Below are positions 32,856 to 38,721 of a stretch of DNA of 38,721 nucleotides, piece after piece. Where the stretch lies: the sequence record SRR20825006_2882; one strand, written 5' to 3'. Every line of letters starts with the position of its first letter. Within the stretch, counting starts at the first letter, position 1. Below the pieces are notes generated by a model. That model searched no databases and had not been told where the DNA came from. It was given only the letters and a program-made list of their open reading frames with translations. The position numbers and the translations under genes are program-made.

Positions 32856-35800
32856 ATGACGCGACGCTACCCGAGACCACAGATCTTGCGTGAGATTCCC
32901 TCCCGCGGCCACGCCATCATCGAGGCGAGCGCGGGCACAGGGAAGACGTATACGCTGGAGCATTTGATCATCGATCTGTTGTTGCGCCACCCCGAGGTCG
33001 AGCTCGAGAACATCCTCGTGGTGACCTTCACCGAGCGCGCCACGGCCGAGCTCAAACATCGCGTGCGTCGTCTCCTCGCCAACGTGGTCGCCTCGTCTCG
33101 CTCGGAAGGGCCGAGCGCTTCTCAACAAGGTCTGTTGACCGAGGAAGATGAGGAGGCTTACTGGCTGCTCGGTGATGCGGATCGCCGCAAGCTCGAGCGC
33201 GCGCTCTTCTCGTTCGATATCGCACCCATTTATACCATCCACGCGTTTTGTCAGCGCGTGCTCACCGAACATGCGTTCGCGAACCGCAGGTTCTTCGATC
33301 AACAACACGTCGACTTCTTCCCGCTCTTCGAGCGCGCGTTTACGGACGCGATGCGCCGCACGCTCGCTTGCCAGGACAGCACACGAGACTGGCTCGAGGC
33401 CTGGCTCGAAACAGGAACAGTGGAAGAGCTCCAGACGATGCTCTCGAAGACCCTGTTGGCGCGCGCCGAGCTCTGGCCAAAGTTCCATGATGAAGAGCTC
33501 GAGCGGGGTTTGAATCGTTTTGGCGAGAACTTCTGGGGACATTACCGAGCTCTCTACACTCGCTCCTGTCGTCGTCGTGAGAACGTTTTTCTGGAAGCGC
33601 AGAATGACTGGCGACAAAACAGGAGCGTGGCTCGTTTTCTGATGCTCGGTGATAGCCAGGTCGTCGACCTCAAGCAGTCACTCAAGGGGATCGGACCCGC
33701 CAATGACGAAGAGCTCGAGTTTTTGAAGCTCGTCAACGCGCTCTGTCGCTTCAAACCTGCCGTCGCGCAGAAGTTCCTCCCGATCATGCAGACCGCACTC
33801 GAAGAAGAGAAGCGACGCAGCGGTGGCTACACCTTCGATGATATGTTGACGATGGTGTGGGAAGGGCTCGAGCGTCCAGTGACCGGGGAGTGGTTGTCTC
33901 AAGCGTTGCGTCGTCGCTACCGTTTCGCGCTCATCGACGAGTTTCAGGACACGGACGAGATCCAGTGGAAGATCTTTCGCCGCCTGTTCGTCGAGACGCA
34001 AAACCAACAACACCGCCTCTTTGTTATCGGAGACCCCAAACAAGCGATTTACGGATTCCGTAACGCAGACGTCTACACATACCTCGAGGCGTGTGATGAA
34101 CTCCTCGAAGAGGATGGTCATCCTCCAGGGGAAAACGACGAATCGATCGAAGATGAATTGCTCGCGATGAGCGGCGAGAGCGCGGATGAAGAAGCTCCTC
34201 TCGCCGCAGAAATCGAGGTCGTTGAAGAGGAAGAAGAACCTACCGCTGTCAAGCTGCACCTGATGCAGAACTGGCGCTCGAGCGCTCCGTTGATCTCGGC
34301 TTATAACCACCTCCTCGATCAGCAACACGAGCGTCCCTTCTTCTCTGGCAATTCGATTCGCTATGATCACCCGGTGGTTTGTGGGAACCCTGCGCTCGAG
34401 CTGCGCGATGCGCGCGGCGAGATCGTCGAGCCCGTCGTGTTCGGCGCCATGCGACCTGGCGATCAGAGCGCTGGCGTGCGCATGAACGACATCTACGAGT
34501 GCTACGGACGCTGGATCGCCATGGAGATCAAGCGCCTGCTCAGTGAGCCGGGGAAGCTTTATTTTGGTCCAGAAGGCGAACTTCAGCCGATCACTGCGCG
34601 CGATATCTACGTCCTGACACGAACACACTCGGAAGAGCTCAAGCTCGAGAAGTTCTTGCGAGAAGAGGACATCCCTTACGCTTTTTACAAGCAGGATGGG
34701 TTGTTTCGAACCCCCGAAGCGCGCGAGTTCTACGAGCTGCTACGCGCGATCGAGCGACCTCACGAGCGAGGACGGAGGTTGCGCGCCTGGGCGACGCAGT
34801 TCTTTAGCATCGAGCTCGAAGAGCTGGTCAAATGCCGTGATGTCCCTGAAGGCAACCCGCTCTTCAAGCTGTTATTGGAGTGGAGCAACCTCGCGCACCG
34901 ACGGCGCTTCGAGGAGCTGTTCACGGACATCCTGCAACGCAGCGGTGTGATTCGTCGCGAGATCTTCTTTGGAGAGGACGAGCGCGCGCTGACCAACTAC
35001 ATCCACATCGCCGAAGTGTTGCTCGAGGAAGCCCACCTTGCGCGGCTGGATATCGGCGAGCTGGTGATGCGGTGTCGCTCCTTCCTCGATGGTGGGCGAA
35101 AACCACTGAGCGAAGATGGTGATATCAAGCGCGTCGAAGATGATCGAGACGCCGTCCAGATCATGACCATGCACAAGTCCAAGGGGCTCGAGGCCGCGGT
35201 GGTCTTTCTCTATCCCTTCGGCGGCGGCGGTGGCGAATACTGGCGCTTTCACTATCGGGATCGTCAGGGCAACCAGGTTCGCGCGATGCATATCCTCAAG
35301 CCGGAGGAGAAGATCAGCCCGAGGTTGCGCGAGCGCGTCGAGGAAGAGTCGCGAGAGGAGGACGAGCGCTTGCTTTACGTCGCGCTCACACGCGCCAAGG
35401 CAAGGCTCTACATCCCCTTCGTGCCCTATCAAGGCAATCAGCCTATCTGCAAATGGATCGCGCAGCGCTCTTACCATGTCCTCAATCAGAAGATCCGCGA
35501 GGTCTGGGAGGAGCGCGAGTTCGGGAAACACGCCGAGTGGTTCGCGCTCGAAGAGATCCCGTACTTTGGCATCAAGCTCCCATCCTCACGCGCGATCGAC
35601 ATCAACGCCCTCGGCGAGTGGCGACCTCAGGACTCGCTCCTCGCCGCTCTGGAGCAACCCGAGTGGTCCTTCGCCAAACGCGTTCATCCGACCTTGCGCG
35701 TCGAGTCTTACTCCTCGCTCAAGCGGCGCTCGGGTGGGTACAGCACGGCTTCGGGATCTATCGAGGATCAGGAGCTACGCGGCCAAGACGAACTGGGCAG

Positions 35801-36560
35801 CAGTGAAGATGCGGTCGGTCTCGATGAGCTTCCAGGCGGTGTTCGCACTGGCCTGTTCTTGCACGACATCCTCGAGAGGTTGGATTACAGCTCGCTGACG
35901 CGTTTTCAGGATGTCGAGGAGTGGGCCGAGGACGAGGATGTGCACGCGTTGTTCGAGCGCAGCATGCTCGAGCACGGCGTCGAACCCGAGTACCTCGCGC
36001 TCAGTCAGAAGGTGATCTGGCGCGCGCTGACGGGCGTGGTCGAGACCGATTATGGGGTGGTTTATGGCCTCGGTTACTGCACCCCCAATGTTCGCGAGCT
36101 CGAGTTCCTCTACCCGATCCCGGAGCACGGTGATCCTTTCCTGAACGAACTGCCCGAGGGCTCTTGGAAGCTCGAGCGTGGCTTCATCAAGGGTTACGTC
36201 GACTACGGCTTTGTCTGGAACAACCGCGTCTTCTTCGCGGACTGGAAGAGCGACGTGCTCGATCACTATGACGAGCGCTCGCTCGAGCTGCACTTCGAGC
36301 AAAACTACACCAAGCAAGCGCTGCTTTACTCGGTGGCGTTGTGCAAGGTCTTCGGGATTCACGATGAGGCGGATTACGAGAATCGCTTCGGTGGCGCGAT
36401 TTACTGCTTCCTGCGCGGGATGCAGGATGACAGCAGAAACGGCGTCTATCGCACGCGACCGACCTGGAAAGAGCTCCTCGACTTCGAGCGTCGCTTGCGC
36501 GAGCCTGATTTTGGCCAGGGACACCGTAACGATCCCGACAACATGCGCGCCGCCGAGTAA
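32856..36560 (+). CDS. recB: Exodeoxyribonuclease V beta subunit (3'-5' helicase + nuclease)
   Basis: IEASAGTGKTYT, VVTFTERAT, TIHAFCQR, LIDEFQDTD, IGDPKQAIYGFR, MTMHKSKGLE, RLLYVALTRA; nuclease GFIKGYVD..DWKS..Q..Y. Confidence 0.96.
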   Translation: MTRRYPRPQILREIPSRGHAIIEASAGTGKTYTLEHLIIDLLLRHPEVELENILVVTFTERATAELKHRVRRLLANVVASSRSEGPSASQQGLLTEEDEEAYWLLGDADRRKLERALFSFDIAPIYTIHAFCQRVLTEHAFANRRFFDQQHVDFFPLFERAFTDAMRRTLACQDSTRDWLEAWLETGTVEELQTMLSKTLLARAELWPKFHDEELERGLNRFGENFWGHYRALYTRSCRRRENVFLEAQNDWRQNRSVARFLMLGDSQVVDLKQSLKGIGPANDEELEFLKLVNALCRFKPAVAQKFLPIMQTALEEEKRRSGGYTFDDMLTMVWEGLERPVTGEWLSQALRRRYRFALIDEFQDTDEIQWKIFRRLFVETQNQQHRLFVIGDPKQAIYGFRNADVYTYLEACDELLEEDGHPPGENDESIEDELLAMSGESADEEAPLAAEIEVVEEEEEPTAVKLHLMQNWRSSAPLISAYNHLLDQQHERPFFSGNSIRYDHPVVCGNPALELRDARGEIVEPVVFGAMRPGDQSAGVRMNDIYECYGRWIAMEIKRLLSEPGKLYFGPEGELQPITARDIYVLTRTHSEELKLEKFLREEDIPYAFYKQDGLFRTPEAREFYELLRAIERPHERGRRLRAWATQFFSIELEELVKCRDVPEGNPLFKLLLEWSNLAHRRRFEELFTDILQRSGVIRREIFFGEDERALTNYIHIAEVLLEEAHLARLDIGELVMRCRSFLDGGRKPLSEDGDIKRVEDDRDAVQIMTMHKSKGLEAAVVFLYPFGGGGGEYWRFHYRDRQGNQVRAMHILKPEEKISPRLRERVEEESREEDERLLYVALTRAKARLYIPFVPYQGNQPICKWIAQRSYHVLNQKIREVWEEREFGKHAEWFALEEIPYFGIKLPSSRAIDINALGEWRPQDSLLAALEQPEWSFAKRVHPTLRVESYSSLKRRSGGYSTASGSIEDQELRGQDELGSSEDAVGLDELPGGVRTGLFLHDILERLDYSSLTRFQDVEEWAEDEDVHALFERSMLEHGVEPEYLALSQKVIWRALTGVVETDYGVVYGLGYCTPNVRELEFLYPIPEHGDPFLNELPEGSWKLERGFIKGYVDYGFVWNNRVFFADWKSDVLDHYDERSLELHFEQNYTKQALLYSVALCKVFGIHDEADYENRFGGAIYCFLRGMQDDSRNGVYRTRPTWKELLDFERRLREPDFGQGHRNDPDNMRAAE

Positions 36561-36572
36561 GAGAGCACTCCC

Positions 36573-38669
36573 ATGCACCAGAGCTTTGATCCCCAGGGAA
36601 CGATCAGTTCGCGCGAGGAGTTTCGCGAGTACGCGCGCTCGGCTCGCGTCGAGCGCGGTGGGGCGCGTCTGCTGCTAGACGAGCTCGGGCCGCTGGCGCG
36701 CTCGCTCGATCTGGATGACGCCGTCTTCTTCCTCGCCTGGGAACTCGTCTCGCTCCAACCAGGGCTGACCGACACGGAACAACGCGCCACGTTGATGCTG
36801 GTGCTCGCCACGCTTATCAACTCGCGCCAGGGGAGCACCTGTCTCCCGTTGGGTGAGCCGCTGCTCGATGTCTTGCAGACGATGCTCCCTGACGAATTGC
36901 GCGGCGAGACGGGTCTTCAACCCGACCTCCTCGCCGCACAAATCGAGCAGATGTTACGCCAGGACAGGCTATCTGCGCTGGTCGCCGAACGAGGCGATGA
37001 CCTCGCATACAAGCCATTGATTCTGGACGCGGGCAAGCTCTACCAACAACGCATGATGCACTACGAGGGCTTGCTCATCGACGCGCTCAACGAGCGCTTC
37101 GCGCGCCAGATCGCTTCTGTGCAGACCGATGGCATCTCACAGCATCTCGACGCGATCTGGGCTGGGTTGTCAGGTTATTCGCTGACCCCCGAGCAGCGTT
37201 ACGCCGTGTTGACCGCCGTGCACCTGCCGTTGACCATTATCACCGGTGGGCCTGGCACGGGGAAGACATCGATCGTGGTGTCGTTGCTCAGGTTACTCGC
37301 GCGTCAGGGTGTGGACCCGACGACCGTCGCATTGGCTGCGCCCACAGGCAAAGCAGCGCACCGCATGTTGGAGTCGATCACCTATCAATTGCGCGCGGCG
37401 ACCTCGCTCGAACAGGCTGATCAGAACCTCCTCGAGCGCTTGCCCAAACCTCAAACCTTGCACAGGTTACTCGGTTATTCTCGCTACACCGGCCAGTTTC
37501 ACCACCACGAACACAACCCGCTCGATGCGCGTGTCGTGATCGTCGATGAAGCCTCGATGATCGACATGTTCTTGATGGAACACCTCGTCAGAGCGACGCG
37601 CGACGAGACGCATGTGATCTTGCTTGGAGACGTCGACCAGCTCCCATCTGTGGATGCTGGCGCGGTGCTCAGAGATCTGGCCGCGCCCGAAGGGAACAAC
37701 CATATGCCGTGGCGTTTGCTCCTGGACGAGGATGCGCCAGAACACACCCTGGGTGATGCGCCGACCTCGCGATTCACCGTGAGGCTCACGCGGAGTCATC
37801 GCATGAGCGCAGATGACGCTCGTGGTCGTCAGATCCTCCTCTTCGCGCAGCGTGTTCGCGAGGGCAGAGCCGATGGTGTGATCGGCGAGGACGAGGATCA
37901 ACTCACGCCTCTCGCCGCAGAATTTAGCTTCGAAGATGGTGGTGCGCGTTGGCTCGATTGTGGTTCGTCCGATGATGAGGCGATGACACGCGAGCGCATC
38001 CGCCAGTTTACCGAGCAGTGGTACGAGCAGGTGATCGCCATCGATGGCGCGATAGAGCGCGTGAGCGCGCGCGTCGTCTCGGGGTTCGATGAAGAGCAGA
38101 TGATCGTCGAGGACGAGATCGCACATGTCCGCGCGTGCTTCGAGCATATGCAGAATGCTCGCTTGCTCGCGCTGACGCGGAGCTTCTTCACGGGAACACA
38201 GCCTTTGAACGACGCTCTGCTCGAGCGCCTGAGACGTGACCTCGGCGCCAGATCAGACCTCGACTTCATCCCGGGCACGCCCGTGATGATGACGCGCAAT
38301 GACTACGACAAGGAGATCTTCAACGGCGACCAGGGGATCGTCCTCCCGGCGATCAGCCTCGGCAAGGAAGAGCTCATGGCGTTCTTTCCGCAAGGAGATG
38401 GCTTTGTCGCTTACAGCGTCGAGGGGCTGCGCTCGAGCCTGGAGGTCTCCTTTGCCATGACCGTGCACAAGAGCCAGGGGTCGGAGTTCGAGCACATCGC
38501 ATTGATTCTGCCGCCTGACCCGATCCCGTTGCTCACCCGAGAGGTGGTCTATACTGCGGTGACGCGAAGTCGCACAGGTGCGCTGGTGGTCGGACATCGC
38601 GAGATTCTCGAAGAGGCGATTCGTCGAAAGATGATTCGCCACAGCTCGCTCGATGTGATCGTGGTTTGA
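36573..38669 (+). CDS. recD: Exodeoxyribonuclease V alpha subunit (5'-3' helicase)
   Basis: ITGGPGTGKT, AAPTGKAA, TLHRLLG, VDEASM, LGDVDQLPSV, NGDQG, AMTVHKSQGSEF, YTAVTR. Confidence 0.96.
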   Translation: MHQSFDPQGTISSREEFREYARSARVERGGARLLLDELGPLARSLDLDDAVFFLAWELVSLQPGLTDTEQRATLMLVLATLINSRQGSTCLPLGEPLLDVLQTMLPDELRGETGLQPDLLAAQIEQMLRQDRLSALVAERGDDLAYKPLILDAGKLYQQRMMHYEGLLIDALNERFARQIASVQTDGISQHLDAIWAGLSGYSLTPEQRYAVLTAVHLPLTIITGGPGTGKTSIVVSLLRLLARQGVDPTTVALAAPTGKAAHRMLESITYQLRAATSLEQADQNLLERLPKPQTLHRLLGYSRYTGQFHHHEHNPLDARVVIVDEASMIDMFLMEHLVRATRDETHVILLGDVDQLPSVDAGAVLRDLAAPEGNNHMPWRLLLDEDAPEHTLGDAPTSRFTVRLTRSHRMSADDARGRQILLFAQRVREGRADGVIGEDEDQLTPLAAEFSFEDGGARWLDCGSSDDEAMTRERIRQFTEQWYEQVIAIDGAIERVSARVVSGFDEEQMIVEDEIAHVRACFEHMQNARLLALTRSFFTGTQPLNDALLERLRRDLGARSDLDFIPGTPVMMTRNDYDKEIFNGDQGIVLPAISLGKEELMAFFPQGDGFVAYSVEGLRSSLEVSFAMTVHKSQGSEFEHIALILPPDPIPLLTREVVYTAVTRSRTGALVVGHREILEEAIRRKMIRHSSLDVIVV

Positions 38670-38721
38670 GCGCGAGGCTCGTTGCCGAGCGAAAAATGGG
38701 GCGCAGGATTTTCAAATCAGT

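Noticed and set aside
29873-38589. E. coli Chi octamer GCTGGTGG at 29873 and 38582 inside recC and recD
   Set aside because: Two noticed copies are compatible with chance at this GC content, and Chi sequences are lineage-specific.
8-38715. Many long antisense/overlapping ORFs in the track (e.g. 1454-2512 +, 3294-4496 -, 10034-11398 +, 11862-13130 +, 20385-21683 +, 27635-28687 +, 30284-31258 -)
   Set aside because: They are shadow frames of motif-supported genes in GC-rich DNA and show no recognisable motifs of their own.
1-38721. Very frequent CTCGAG/TCGA words
   Set aside because: They are explained by CTC-GAG (Leu-Glu) and ATC/GTC-GAx codon usage throughout the genes and are not a local feature.

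Overview
GC-rich bacterial chromosomal window. Gene content suggests a Myxococcota/Bradymonadia-like deltaproteobacterium, which is inference only. In order it holds: a uppS-thiD-murF-like operon (minus strand; the murF-like gene runs off the window), ygfZ, a tandem pair of ArsA/Get3-family ATPases, a two-gene module for small exported proteins with an adjacent deleted and frameshifted paralogous relic, an orphan hutH, and a minus-strand cluster of sctR-sctS-sctT-sctU, a TPR chaperone-like gene, an Hpt-REC-REC gene and a single-domain REC gene. That cluster is a stand-alone non-flagellar type III export gate next to a kinase-less phosphorelay. It is followed by map, DUF4241, an NDM-like subclass B1 metallo-beta-lactamase lipoprotein, a CYP102-type P450-reductase fusion with a TetR gene and a candidate operator, ndh, two Nudix hydrolases, a large lipoprotein, a beta-barrel OMP, an R2K-type ATP-grasp and recC-recB-recD. 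Intergenic DNA carries several long perfect inverted repeats and a recurrent GCGGCGAG...CTCGCCGCA hairpin motif. I found no tRNA, rRNA, CRISPR array or transposase. All family calls come from recognised motifs, not from database searches.
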